Notes: generated by a model from the sequence alone, not told the origin. Shown: positions 39,454 to 52,829, numbered from the stretch's first letter. The stretch is 64,000 nucleotides of DNA from Octopus sinensis (GCF_006345805.1 NC_042999.1:120838001-120902000), one strand, 5' to 3'. Numbers and translations are program-made.

Positions 39454-39499
39454 AACACAACGTTTCGGCTGATATACCCTCCAGCCTTCATCAGGTGTC
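39454..39499 (-). ncRNA. Minimal type-I hammerhead ribozyme
   Basis: Minus strand: GACAC-CUGAUGA-A-GGCUGG(AGGGUAUA)UCAGCC-GAAA-CG-U-U^-GUGUU. Complete canonical core, 6-bp stem II, 5-bp stem I and palindromic ACGU stem III. Confidence 0.85.
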
Positions 39500-39579
39500 T
39501 TGGAGAAATTTCGAAGCTGGGTTCTCATTCCTAAGGTACTTTTCGATGTTATTATCATTATTGTTGTTGTTGTTGTTCA

Positions 39580-39652
39580 GATCACTGCTTGGAATCGAAC
39601 TCGGAATCTTGGGACTAGTAGCCTGCGCTCCTAACCACTATGCCATATGACC
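39580..39652 (-). ncRNA. tRNA-like segment with Pol III A and B boxes (not a canonical tRNA gene)
   Basis: TGGCATAGTGGTTAG (A box) and GAGTTCGATTCC (B box); acceptor-like GGTCAT/GTGATC; imperfect anticodon and T stems. Confidence 0.7.
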
Positions 39653-39852
39653 GTGTGAATTTTATGGAGTGAATTTTAGGGCTTATAAATCTAATATAAA
39701 TCTCTCGGCCGTGAGAGTATCCATTACAACCGTTGGAAAATGCATCAACTAAATAACGAAATCAAGGAGAGGCTATCCTATCTTCATTACTTAGGAAAAT
39801 AACCAGAGATGATGATAGAAAGAGAATCCAACAAGATCTGGAAAAGTCGTAC

Positions 39853-41055
39853 ATGAAAGAATTTGAAATAGTCAAGACACGCCAGATTAAGAAGTTTATG
39901 AAACTCAAAGGTCAGAGAATGAAGACTGAAATCCGTCACCCACCTGTGAAAGCAGCAATTAATGTAAGTAGCCGACACCTAGAAAGCTCTGAAGAAGCAG
40001 TACTGAACTTTGCCACAACCATGAAGCGTATTCCATACTTGGACAAAATAGCCCCTTTTGAAGAGACAGCCGTAAAGATACCAAAAGCTCAGGGAGATGA
40101 ACTAAGGTGGAAAGTGAGACAGGTACTAGAAAAAGCGAAACTTCCCAAACCAAACATCACTAAAGAAGAAAATTTCGCTATCAAAAGACTACAGAGTGAC
40201 AATTCCATCATAATACTTCCAGCAGACAAGGGAAATGCTACAGCGGTGATGAATAAGTCTGACTACTATGAAAAGTTGGCAAGTCTTATAAGTGATGATA
40301 GCCACAGCAAAGTAAAGAAGGACCCAACTCTGAAGACAGAGAGGAAGTTGTCACAGATCTTGATCAAGAACAAAAATCACTTTACACCAATGAAATACAG
40401 ACAACTGACTCAAGACCACAGTAAACTACCACAGATGTACGGTCTCCCAAATATTCACAAGGATGCTATTCCATTAAGACCTATAGTGAGCTGTAGAGGT
40501 TCAGCATGTCATCCACTGAGCAACTTCCTTGTGGATATAATCAGTCAATTAGGGGTAAAGTCAACATCGTACGTGAAGAATTCCACCCATTTCACAGAAT
40601 TGATCAAGGGTACCTCCATTGAATCCAACCAGATGGTGAGTCTCGATGTAATAAGTCTCTTCACCAAAGTCCCAACTTCTGAAGCACTATCGGTGATACA
40701 AGAAAAACTAGTGACAGACACCCATCTAACGGAACGCACTAGTATACCAATAAGAAAATTGATGGAAATGTTGACCTTCTGCGTAGAAACTACCTACTTC
40801 AGTATGGATACTGATATATATCGACAAGAAGAGGGTTTAGTTATGAGTTCGCCATTATCACCAGTAATATCCAATATATACATGGAATACTTTGAGAATT
40901 TGGCTTTAGGTTCAATACCACTAAAACCAACACTATGGCTACTATATGTTGATGACACCTTAATACTCTGTCCCCACCAGGAAGATGTCCAAGTGCTGTT
41001 AGATCATGTGAACTCAATAAAGCCAACCATACAGTTCACAATGGAAAAGGAATAA
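39853..41055 (+). CDS. Penelope-like reverse transcriptase (400-aa ORF; element disrupted downstream)
   Basis: PADKGNATAVM, MYGLPNIHK...PLRPIVS, VSLDVISLFTKVP, GLVMSSPLSPV.SNIYME, LYVDDT, IQFTME. Confidence 0.85.
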   Translation: MKEFEIVKTRQIKKFMKLKGQRMKTEIRHPPVKAAINVSSRHLESSEEAVLNFATTMKRIPYLDKIAPFEETAVKIPKAQGDELRWKVRQVLEKAKLPKPNITKEENFAIKRLQSDNSIIILPADKGNATAVMNKSDYYEKLASLISDDSHSKVKKDPTLKTERKLSQILIKNKNHFTPMKYRQLTQDHSKLPQMYGLPNIHKDAIPLRPIVSCRGSACHPLSNFLVDIISQLGVKSTSYVKNSTHFTELIKGTSIESNQMVSLDVISLFTKVPTSEALSVIQEKLVTDTHLTERTSIPIRKLMEMLTFCVETTYFSMDTDIYRQEEGLVMSSPLSPVISNIYMEYFENLALGSIPLKPTLWLLYVDDTLILCPHQEDVQVLLDHVNSIKPTIQFTMEKE

Positions 41056-43965
41056 GACAGTCAGCTGATATGCCTGGACGTATTAATAACACGCACCAAG
41101 TATGGATTCAGGATATCCGTATTCCGCAAGCCGACCTTCACTTCAACTTCAATTCCCACCATCCATACAGTGTAAAGAGAGGGATTGCTCAGTGCCTAAA
41201 ACATCATGCAAAGAATATTAGTAGCGATCGTGATACACACCACGAAGAAATGATCAAGCTCAATGTGGTGGTGGTGGTGGTGGTGGTGGTGGTGGTGGTG
41301 GTGGTGGCGGCGGTTCCGGCGATAGCGGCGGTAACGGCGGCGTTAGCCGTGGGTTGACTGTGATAATCTTATCTGAGCTATTAATGATGGCGGTAGTTTT
41401 ATCGTCGTCTTATGGTAGTGCTATCGTCAAAGTGGCATTGGTGCAATGTTACTTCTAGTGATCAGCTCCATCAAACTTATTCACACCCATGTCGTTAAGT
41501 ATGTCTCCTCATACCTTGGTGACAAACCTAAATTTATGTAACTTGCTTGCCAATCAGCATCTCAAAACATTCTTTTGCTAAAACTAAAATCATGTAACAT
41601 TTGTAAAAGGACTCTTTAAAGAATGTGTCATTTTGATCTATAAAATGGAAATCATTCCGTCAATCCTTCTTTCAGGCAAATATAACAGAATATTTCTTCC
41701 GAATATTCATATTTGATCGACATTTTTAGTTTTGATGCTTATTTTAAGTCTTATCTAATGTAATCACGTGATGTCATTTTTAGCAGAATTTGAATTCAGA
41801 AATCTGCTTTGCTTATCCAGAACACGCCATTATTTGAAATGCAATTAATCTGTCACACAACTACCGTGCTATGTTGCTCATACAATATGTAAGAATCCAA
41901 ATATTCTTGTACATTTCAAATAAAGTCGACAGAGTAATAGAATAATGTTGATTAGAATATCAAATAAGAAGCACTCTTTTCTCCGGAAACATTGTTAACT
42001 GTTAAATCTATATATCTGATGAATATAAGAAATACCAATCATAATACAACTGTCACATACATTACAATTGTAAGAAATTTAAAACCTTCATATTATTTCT
42101 GCTAAAACTAATTCAGTTAGTACCAATAACACCACACTTACCACCATAATTATAGCATTGATATCCTTACTATCACCATAACCATTATCATTATGAATAA
42201 GACTTATATTACTATCACTAATGAACATACTTTTGTAACTACAGCAACTATGGCCTCAAACTGTATAGTCTGCTGCGAATAATTATATGTTTTCTTCGAA
42301 GTTAACCATTTACTTCGTATTCTATGAAGCCGAATCAACTACTTAAAGCCGTCCACCTGCTCATGATAGTAGCTATAAATTCTATATAGATAACTTTATT
42401 TAGTATGTTTAGAAAGAAAATATATCATCATAAATTCTTGAATATCATATCAGCCAAGACCCAAGCTACTAGTGGTTCAGTTAAATTTTACATCCTAAAT
42501 TTGAATAAATAACAAGCCATTATTTAAAGAGGAAGAGTGTGTAAAATAAAAATTAACTACCTTGTCGTGTTGGCTATTGCCGTAGTATAATTCTGACTGA
42601 GCAGAGCTAGTCAGAGCTATCTTTAGTTATCAAACAGCACGTAACTGCCAATAACGTGTTGTGAGTTAGTAACTAGTTTAAAGCATTAGTGTGCTATGCC
42701 TTGTGCTTTCTTTACCCCATTATATACAGCTAGTGTTTTTGAGAAGTGCGTCAATGTCTCACTACTTTTAAAATTTAGCATTCCGTCAAGGAAATCTGTT
42801 GTAATATCTTCAAAGACATGAAATGTTCACACTTTACAACCCGGTATCTGAAACACTTTTAAATTCTATCCGATAAAATGAATTTTGTGATCATCTTCAA
42901 ACAATATGCATTTCTCCCAAATTCACTGGCGATATGGAGAATTAGACAGAGCCAGATCAGAATTGTTTACACACTCGGTTTCCATTTTTCGTAACGATTA
43001 TCATTACTATGAATTCTTTTAATTTCAGCTCGTGTGTATAAGATATGTGAACATTTTTCTTAGAGCTGAAGCCAGTAAGGCAATAAGGACCCTTTAATCA
43101 ACACTGTCATTAATATTACAACATAGGTCCTACACATATGTGTGCTAGATAGGCTGTTGTATATTAATTCCCTTAGAGAATGTGCTGTGCTGATTACTTG
43201 GTGACATTTTCAGCTGCAATCTGCAGCTTATAGTTAAAATCTTACGGGTCATAATAAACGATTAAGTTGATACAGGAAATTTCTTGTTTGACAGCTATCG
43301 AATTCATATTATTTAAGGTTTACAACAATTCACACTTCATTCAAATCCCATGAAATCAAGTTATCTTTAATCTTACAATAGTTGGCAATATAATTTCTTG
43401 ATACTGATTCTGGGATTACTTTCAATATCTTTTCTCACTAGAATATAGTACAAGTTCTGTCTCTGTAAATATCTGAGGGAACGCTTAACAATTCGTATGC
43501 ATCGATTGATAAACAAAATCTACATCTTAAACATGGTTGCTTGTAATTGTCGAAGTACGTCGAAATTTGTTGCTTACTTTTCAATTTATAGAATTAAAAA
43601 CAGTACAATATTGAAAGTGTTCATCATTATAGAAAAAAGTTACTTTGTTAGACACAAATTTATGCTGCAGTAGCTATATTATAGAAGAAATTGAAAGGAA
43701 ATTTCATGCGGATTTACATTCAGATTCAAAGGAATAGAATAGATATCAAACCGTATGTTCGTGTATTTTTGTCATTACACAGGTAATAATTCAACAAGTA
43801 GAAATTCACAAATACCAGGCATTCATTCATACATATATTATACATACGTACATACGTACGTATATGTAATGCCTTGTGTGTATGAATGCGTGCGCATTTA
43901 ATTTTATATACATACATACACACACACATAAATACACACACACATAAATACACACACACGCACAC

Positions 43966-44013
<48 letters not shown>

Positions 44014-45330
44014 CAACGTGTATTTATTCATGTCTCTCTCATATTTGATCTATACCTATGTGTGTACGTGTCTGTGAGTGTGTGAGTATGCGTGTCTGTG
44101 TGTGCGCTCTACATAACGCCTCGAAATAATAAATATATGTTTTATTCTTTGCCATCGTATACGCCGTTAGCTGAGCGTCTAAAGTAAAGACTTCATCGCT
44201 GTATTGATTATTGCCTATAATATGCCTAATTTCTCATTCAATGCTTATACACTGTTTTATCTCTTGCTTCGTTTTTATACTAAAAATTTGTGTCTTGGCT
44301 TTTTTTTAACTTTATGGAACACGCTGACTGTATGTATATGACTCAGTAAATGCTATATATGCATGAGTCTCTTTGTATATATTCTTATGTGTATACAAAC
44401 ACAAATATTTGTTCGCTTATAAAAGTAATAGGTTATAAACAAATATGTCCACAGATTTATTTGCATTGTTACTTCTTTGTCTGTTCACTAGTTTCACTGC
44501 TTTTGGCATTTCCTAACTTTAAAAACAGTTAAGACATGCTTTTTCATTAGTAGATAGGCCTTATTAGTAAACATTTGTGTGGCACTACCCAGTCGAGGTA
44601 TATAGTTCTGTATATGACTTTATATTTCAATGCACCTACTTGCATATATGAATGTATGCCTGAAATGTCTATATATGTGTGTGTGTGAATGTATTTATGT
44701 AGGAACATCTACACATTTTCATATAAAAAGACAATCTTATACGTTTACACAAACCTACATATATAAATAATTATACAGTTATATATCTATATATCCATTT
44801 GCGAGTGAATTTATACATATATATAAATATATATATACACATATACATATATGCATGTATGTTTGTGTGTGTAGGTGTGTGTATTTATGTATATATATTC
44901 AATATTCAGTAAGCAGTTCATAGGTTTATAGCTGATGCATACAGGCAATGAAACCAAATACAATAAAATGTGAACAAATGCCAGCAAAAATATTATTTCG
45001 AAAATAGTTTTGAAAAGAAGAAAATAAAAAAAAATAAAAACATACAGAGACACAGATAAAAAAAAACTAAAAGTAATATTTCTACAAATATGTAGATGTC
45101 GACTGTTTCTAAAGACTGAAATAACCGTGTTTAATGTTCTGTCTTTTACTTTTTTTTACGATTCTAGAACATAAACCTTTCTAAATTAAAAATGGGAATT
45201 GGTTAAATTTTAAATGAAAATACTCAGTATTCGAGGAAAATATATAAAGACACTCACACAAAAGCTCGTGTGTTAACATTCATGGTAAAATATATATAAT
45301 GTCTCTTACATGCATACATACATACATACA

Positions 45331-45362
<32 letters not shown>

Positions 45363-45716
45363 AGTGTTATGTATGCATATGTATAAATATGTATATGTAT
45401 CTATGTCTGTGTGTATGCGCAAATACCCACACCAAAAGACACACAAACACGCATATTCAAATATATTTAAATGTTTCTGCGATATAAATTTTCAAAGAAA
45501 ATGTACATTAAAAACATACTACATGTATTGGATGTATGAATCTTACCGACGACACATGTAAGTACAAAAAGAATGGCTTATTTGGTTCGATGAAGAGAAA
45601 TGGTAATAACTTATTTCCTGGTAAAAAAACACAAAGGCAATAATATTAACTACGTCTTCAAAATTATGCATATACATACATATGCATACACATATATATA
45701 CATATATATATGTATG

Positions 45717-45807
<91 letters not shown>

Positions 45808-45876
45808 AAAAGAGAGAGAAATGTATGTTTGTGTACGTGTGTGTGGATGTGTGTAGTGCATGTATATATACATATA

Positions 45877-45909
<33 letters not shown>

Positions 45910-45917
<8 letters not shown>

Positions 45918-46530
45918 CATTGAAAAAATTTTTTTTTATTTGATCAAATGCATGCGCTGTACAATAGCTCACAACCTCCAACAAATCAATATTTCTTGCA
46001 CGGGTGGACGTTGTACCACACATCAAGTGTCTAAGTGATCGTAAAGCAAACTGCGTTGAAGTGGTTTGCTCAAGAACAAAAAGTTCCACCCGGTCTAAGA
46101 ATTAAAATAGAGAAATTGCAATTGGAGGACCACACACTATCCACTGCGCATGTACATATATATAAAATAATAATATATTATAATATATATATATATTTAT
46201 ACATACACATATGGCCACACTACGTCACCTAAGGTTCAAATAACATGAAATGCGTAAACAACGAGAAAACATGAAACAGGACAAGTGAACACAGAGAGAG
46301 CACCGTTCATCAGTTGTCAGCTATCTACTCCTCATTTCGAGCATTCAGTGACAATATGAGTCTTCTAAGACAGTTGGTCCCATAAATTCTAAAATTTAGG
46401 ATTTATGGAGGGGGAAAGTTGGGGACAAAAACTGGCAGTGGAGACATACAAAGAAACCGAACGAAAACAAATATGGAGGGTCGTTAGACGAAAGCGAGAG
46501 GAAAAAAAATAGATATATATAGGGCAAGGA
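45910..46530. repeat. Unclassified interspersed repeat, possibly Penelope-derived
   Basis: Weak peptide hints (FYLIKCMRC; [14 protein letters not shown]). Shares GGTTCAAATA.CATGAAAT.CGTAAACAA with the hairpin at 46639. Confidence 0.3.
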
Positions 46531-46534
46531 AGAA

Positions 46535-46567
<33 letters not shown>

Positions 46568-46591
46568 CACACACACACACACATACACACT

Positions 46592-46630
<39 letters not shown>

Positions 46631-46638
46631 GCATATAA

Positions 46639-46728
46639 GGGTACAGGACGTCGCCAGCGGTTCAAATAGCATGAAATACGTAAACAAACGTGTGTTTACG
46701 TATTTCATGTTGGTGACATCCTGTACCC
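46639..46728. other. 90-nt hairpin (20-bp outer stem, 11-nt bulge, perfect 16-bp inner stem, 8-nt loop)
   Basis: GGGTACAGGACGTCGCCAGC pairs with GTTGGTGACATCCTGTACCC, and CATGAAATACGTAAAC pairs with GTTTACGTATTTCATG (the two stems share one G at 46709). Confidence 0.9.
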
Positions 46729-47385
46729 ATTTACACATGGGTATATATATATATATACATATATATATACATATATATATATACATATATATATACATGA
46801 TATGATATATTATTTATTATTTATTATTTAATTCAACGCGACGCGTCCATTTCTTTATCGCAACGCTTTCTGTGAGAATCATATTTGACAGGGAGTTTTG
46901 AAGTACTAATTGTCCAAAACAGAACTTCGTGAACTTGATTCTCGATGATAAATATCTTTGGACTTAGGTGCTTGGTGTAGCATGCAAGAGAACAATAGCA
47001 CCACTTAAGTTGAAAAATAGTTGCTTCTGCACTGTGGCCTGGATTCTATTTAGGTTTGATTCCTGCATATGATCACATGATACACTGCAGTAGCCACACC
47101 CTGCTCCTGCTTTCGTCTGACCAGCTAAACTAGGTGACTTAAGGACTATGCCTGACGCTTGTAATATCTATCTTTAGAGCCTGAAATGACAAAAAATACA
47201 AAAGAACTAAGCAGTCCTGGATACGGAGGTGTGGTAATGGGATATATGTGACATGACATAAAACAGAGCATGTCAAGATTTGGTGTTTGATTTTAGCTCC
47301 AGTTTAAAAAATCTTCTTATAATCAGAATTATTATGTCATCGGAAGTTTTATACTCCATATATTTTTCTGCACAATGATACTTAC

Positions 47386-47487
47386 ACTCTTGTTTCCCAG
47401 TCGACAATTGTAGTTGTGAAGTGACGAAATATTTTCTGTATAGTGCAATAACTTGACGGTTATAATATCGTTGCAATATAGGGATAA
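47386..47487 (-). other. Candidate 102-nt internal exon of an unidentified host gene
   Basis: Acceptor TTTTTATACTTTACTCCCAG| and donor |GTAAGT; length is a multiple of 3; two frames are open. No recognisable homology. Confidence 0.35.
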
Positions 47488-47741
47488 CTGGGAGTAAAGT
47501 ATAAAAAGGGGCCTTTACATACCGGATACTAGTGGGGAAAGAGTTAATCCAAGCCATTCTTTGCCTATTGTTTATATGAATATATGTTCACAATTTCTAC
47601 ATGAGTAGTATCATTTTGTATTCAGTGTATATTCATACTTAATTTTGAAGTAATACAATATGATTTGGTTCAATCTGGAGAAGGCGTGCTACAGGAATCA
47701 TTTTGATTGTATACATCCAGTGCAACCGCGTTGACGCAATT

Positions 47742-48300
47742 TTATGTTTGAGAGTGACCCCCTGTAGGTCCGATGCTGTAATGTCGTTTTATAGCTTATA
47801 GTAATGCGGCAAATTGTTGTATTAATTACTTTGAGGCTTATACATTTAGAAGAATTCAAATTATATGTAATAACCATTATTTCAAAGTTTCAGATTGTTG
47901 TAATTTTCTATATTGTAGAATAATTGTGCAATATTTGAAACCTTAGCTAAATAGTTATCAGTGTTAAGTGTCGGAGACAGAGCATGCGCATAATGGTTTG
48001 GTAGGAGGGGAAAGATTACTAGTTCTAACTATTTCTGTAAACTGTTTTGTAGTTATATGAATTTTTGCTTTTTAATTATGTTTGAGTATGACGCCCTGTA
48101 GGTCTGATACTTAATGTCGTTTTATCGTTCATAGTAACGCGGTAACTTATTCTATTAATTATTGTGAGGTTTATACATTTCCAAGAATTTAAATTATATG
48201 TAATAATTATTATTTCATAGTTGCCGCATTGTTGTAATTTTCTATACTGTTGAGTAATTGTGCAATATTTACAAGTTTAGCTAGATAGTTATCAATGGTA
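47742..48300. repeat. Two diverged ~230-bp direct repeats (47742-47970 and 48077-48300) next to a PLE remnant
   Basis: TATGTTTGAG...CCCTGTAGGTC.GAT...AATGTCGTTTTAT...AAATTATATGTAATAA...GTGCAATATTT...TAGTTATCA is present twice. Confidence 0.85.
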
Positions 48301-49330
48301 ATGGATGGGTGGAAGAAAGAACACATTTTTATAGTTATATTGGTGTTTCCAGAGTGTTGGAGTTTCTTTGTGTGTTACACAGTGATGACAAATTTAGATG
48401 GGTGTTGTATTTACAGTTTAGGGTGTGGGTTTGTAAGGTTTTAAGTATTTGTAAACTAAATTCTTTTGCGATTTGGGATGTGTGTCTGGTAGGATCCTTG
48501 GTTTAGGCAGTAAAGTTGTTGGACTTCTAGTGAGACGAGTGGAGTTGCAACATCTAAGTTTATTTTGCAGTTTGATGGGGCAATAATTAGAATGCTGTAA
48601 CTTGAGACACTTTTTGCACAATGATTGGATTTTTTTGCTTTTGTGCTCATTCTACTTGGAGGAAAAGCCAATAATTGTAGCCCCTGTGTTAGGTGGAGTG
48701 CACATATTCTGCTTCGTCAATTATGTTTATTAGTTTTAGTAACAAAGTCCAGGCTTGTGAGTGGATTAGTCACACCCACTACAGATTTGGATTGTGACGT
48801 CGCATTACATTTGTTCCTTTCTTTGAATGAAGCTATATGTCATGTGAATCTCTGCTTAAAGGTTGAATTCCAACACAGGTTTTTATTTCATATCAGGATT
48901 GTCGACTCACCTTACCGATTCCTTCCTAGGGTATTAATTGTTCAAAGGATAGTGCTAAGTGGAAATACAGCTGCAAGGAATTGACGGGTGCTCGGTATGT
49001 TGTAGGTGAAAATTTTAAAAATATATTAGAGGGGCAGCTATAAACTTCTTTCACAGTATTTCTGGTGAACTATATGATATCTATGTATTTCTGTGAAGTG
49101 AGATCCGAGGGAGATAAGAATATGCCTATCTATGTATGAAGCTAAGTTGGTACAATATAGAGAGCGTTGAATCACAGGATCATCCTACTCATAGTCTCTT
49201 AAATTTGCTGAGGTGCTTTCTTTGTTGATAAAATTATCGATGACATTGGATCTCCACTGAGTTTTGCTGCGATATGGGACGGCTTAACTGACGGTACTTT
49301 CATCTGAGGATAACCTAGTAATGGGTCTAC
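48300..49330 (-). mobile_element. Degenerate Penelope-like element 3' part with GIY-YIG endonuclease remnant
   Basis: Minus-strand KTCVG followed by FKQRFT*HIASFK, and a downstream C..C-like LCKKCLKL segment; many stops. Confidence 0.6.
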
Positions 49331-49361
49331 TTATATTTTTCATGATCTTCATATACATACC

Positions 49362-49441
<80 letters not shown>

Positions 49442-49467
49442 TTACGTCAGAGTACATCTACAATTAA

Positions 49468-49680
49468 AGGCAGGAATTAGCGGTAAGAACGTTAGCACGC
49501 AGGGCAAAATTCTTACCGTCATTTCATCCGTCTTTACATTCTGAGTTCCAAATCTGTGGAGATCAACTTTGCCTGTGATCATTTCAGTGCCGGTTTGAGC
49601 AGTGGTTCAATCTAATCGACTGGCCCTATCCTCTAAGATAACTTTCAGATCTTGTGCCTCTAGTAGAAAGGTAATCACAT
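49468..49680 (+). mobile_element. SINE family 1 copy
   Basis: AGAACGTTAGCACGCAGGGCAAAAT...CTGAGTTCC...CAACTTTGCC...ATCGAC. Confidence 0.7.
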
Positions 49681-50809
49681 GTATATCTTATTACCCCATG
49701 ACAGCTATATTAGTTTCCCATTTTGTCTGTTTCTGAAATCTTTCCGGAACCTTATTTTTTTCTAGTCTCTCTTACATCTGTTTACTTTATATTCTTCTTA
49801 GTATGGACGGTCATTCTGAACTAAATAGTTTGCTTCTACTATAAATAACATTTTTTTAATCTACTTCCTTTGTGTTAACTGATATCAGTCTGAGTTTAAA
49901 TGTAACTGGACCCAGGAAATATAATTTATTATTTTTTCCACTATCTTTAGCTCCTTTTTTCTAATATTCCCTCACCGCGTATGATATTTTAGGCATTTAG
50001 TTTTGATACTAGATATTTCAGTTCGCTTCATTCACCCATAAGGAAAGCAAAAGCATAAAAAAGCCGTATAAGAAGGTTAGTCATTGGATCGGAATTTGTA
50101 CTAAAATTGATTTAATACAAATCACTTAGATGCACAGAATTATCACATCTGTGGAATCTAAGGCATTTATGCAACAGAAACGTGTGTCGGAATTTTTTAT
50201 ACTGAAAACGTTTTTACCAATATATAATTCTCAACTCTTCATTGTGTCCTTCTACTACACTCTGGGATTTTATATAGAAGCCTCCGAAGCGTACTCAAGA
50301 TTTACCAATCAATACGAGTACATTTTAATTGCTTATTCTAAATGATTAACGAAGATCCCAGTATGCGACGGAAAGAAACTACACGTACGACGACAGAAAC
50401 TGTAAAGAAAACCCTTAATACTCTCTTTTCTTTTCTTTTTTCTCTCTTGTCCACGTATTCTATAAAAACTCAATTTGACGTAACTTTTAGTAACGTACAT
50501 TTGTTACATTCTTCGCCGAATATTTACTTTGATATTGTCTCTCCCTATGAAACTCATTGAATTTTATGTGATCATTTGTTTTTTATCATATTTGTTCGAT
50601 TTCTACCTCGTTATTCTAAACTCTGTTGAAATGTCCTTGTTTTAAATACATTTGTACCATTGATCGTCAAAAACATTTTTGAAACTAGTCTGGTATGTAT
50701 TTGAATAAATCTGTTTAAAAGCAACTATATGTTCTTCAAATTTTCAAATTCAGATGCATTTTCAAACACCCAAATCAAATTTTCCTATACATATATATAT
50801 ACTCAAATT

Positions 50810-51010
<201 letters not shown>

Positions 51011-51909
51011 AGGTATGTATATAATATGTAATATATAAAGTACACACATACAAACACACATGCATACATGCACACGTCATAAATGAACGCCATCTGAATC
51101 AGTGAAAATGCACTGATGGTACACAGGGAATAATTATTTTATATTGAAGAGTTCATAACTATTCGAGACTTAATTCAAAACTTATGTGAAAATTTGCTTC
51201 GCATGTCCATGTTGATTTTAACATTGTACATTATACTTTCATAGTTGCCAACTTATCAAATACAATCATTTTCTTTTAAATAAATTTTATATTTTTAATA
51301 ATTCCTCAAGTGTATTATCGATGCATTAGTGACATCACTGTTGTTTATGAAGTACTTTTATTTGGGAGTGTACAGTTTATGGGTACATCTGTTGCCATCA
51401 AATATTACTTTAAATACACAATCTTGCTGTCCATATGGAAAAAGAGACTGTATTTGATATAATGGAAATAATAATGCAATCTGGTTTCACAACAAAAACT
51501 GGTTATGATTGTTATCTTTATAAGCGTCCAATTTCTCAAATATTGATGCTGTCATTTAAACGGGATCTTAGCATTATGTACTAATAATATGATATTTATT
51601 ACTTATATGTATTGTCCACTGCTTACTACCATCCTACATCCAGTCATGATACGTTTTGTCTTTTGTTCAAGAGGGATCAATTAATTAATGTCATTCATAT
51701 TGCATGTTGAATTTAGTCGACTCTAGCCTCACCTCTGTTATGTTTCATATTGTGTCTCGTCACAAAAAATTAATATTCACTAATTAAAAAAAAATCACTG
51801 TCAATCTCAGAGAGTATCGATAATGTTTATATATTTGTCACGCAATTCATAATTGTATAAATTGACATTGAAATTCTCGTCATTTGGGAACAATTATATA
51901 AACAAACAT

Positions 51910-51910
51910 A

Positions 51911-51966
<56 letters not shown>

Positions 51967-52025
51967 TAACAATAATAATAATAATAATAATAATGATGAT
52001 GATGATGATGATAATGATGATGATG
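51910..52025. repeat. (TAA)n-(TGA)n microsatellite with no inserted element
   Basis: Direct reading. Confidence 0.97.
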
Positions 52026-52829
52026 ACTTTTTAAATTAAAAAAAAGATTTCAGAACTAATTTTTAAATCAATTTATCAGTATAATTGATTGATTTTGAGA
52101 AGTTACCTAAAATAATTAATGCGCTGATGTTGAATGAATTGATCATCAAACAACACATTGTCGTTTTTAAACAATCTGTTTTATATTCGTCTAGCCTCAT
52201 CGATCATGAAGGAAATTAATGTGTGTTTTCTGAAAGCATAATGACTCGTATATTGTATATTCAAGTACAATAGAATAATCAAATTCTTGTTACTCTGAAA
52301 ACCAATAGTTTAAATACAGAGATCATATAGCCATTTCATTACAATTCGCAAAACAGGAATAAAGAGAGCATGGTATATGGGAATGCATTAAATATGTATA
52401 ATAATTAGTAGCAATATAAAATGTTTAACCTTAGGATTTTTATTTCATTGAAGAAGTAAAAGTCTATTTAGTTGTATTGAAAATAATACACACATGAACA
52501 GATACCGCCCCACCTCCAACAACAAATTTTATTCAATAATAATAAACATGTTCGTGCTATAAGAGATAAGATACGAAACTATATATTCAATAATAATTTT
52601 TTCTTCATCATTAAGACTATGTCTGCGGATTCACATTGTATTTCATGAACATCTACGGCAGTAAATTTTCCTACATTTTCCTTCGGACGTTCTCTTTTCA
52701 GATTCCGCAACTAATCTTGGAAAAGGAAAACTTTATGTTCAATGAGAAGCGTTGGACATTTCAATAAATCAAACCACTGAAATAAGATATAAACGGCAAT
52801 ATGCAATTAATATTTAAACAGCAATAAGG

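Larger units (their letters stand above)
39375..41265 (+). mobile_element. Penelope-like element (Poseidon-like RT), 3'-truncated before GIY-YIG, with an inverted hammerhead/tRNA-like segment at its 5' side
   Basis: RT ORF 39853-41055; continuation HFNFNSHHPYSVKRGIAQCL; ends at (GTG)n; hammerhead on the opposite strand at 39454-39499. Confidence 0.88.

Noticed and set aside
39580-39652. Functional tRNA gene
   Set aside because: The A and B boxes are present but the anticodon and T stems pair poorly and there is no oligo-T terminator, so it is treated as tRNA-derived.
41070-41357. 95-aa ORF with poly-Val
   Set aside because: It is a frameshifted tail of the Penelope RT that reads into a (GTG)n microsatellite.
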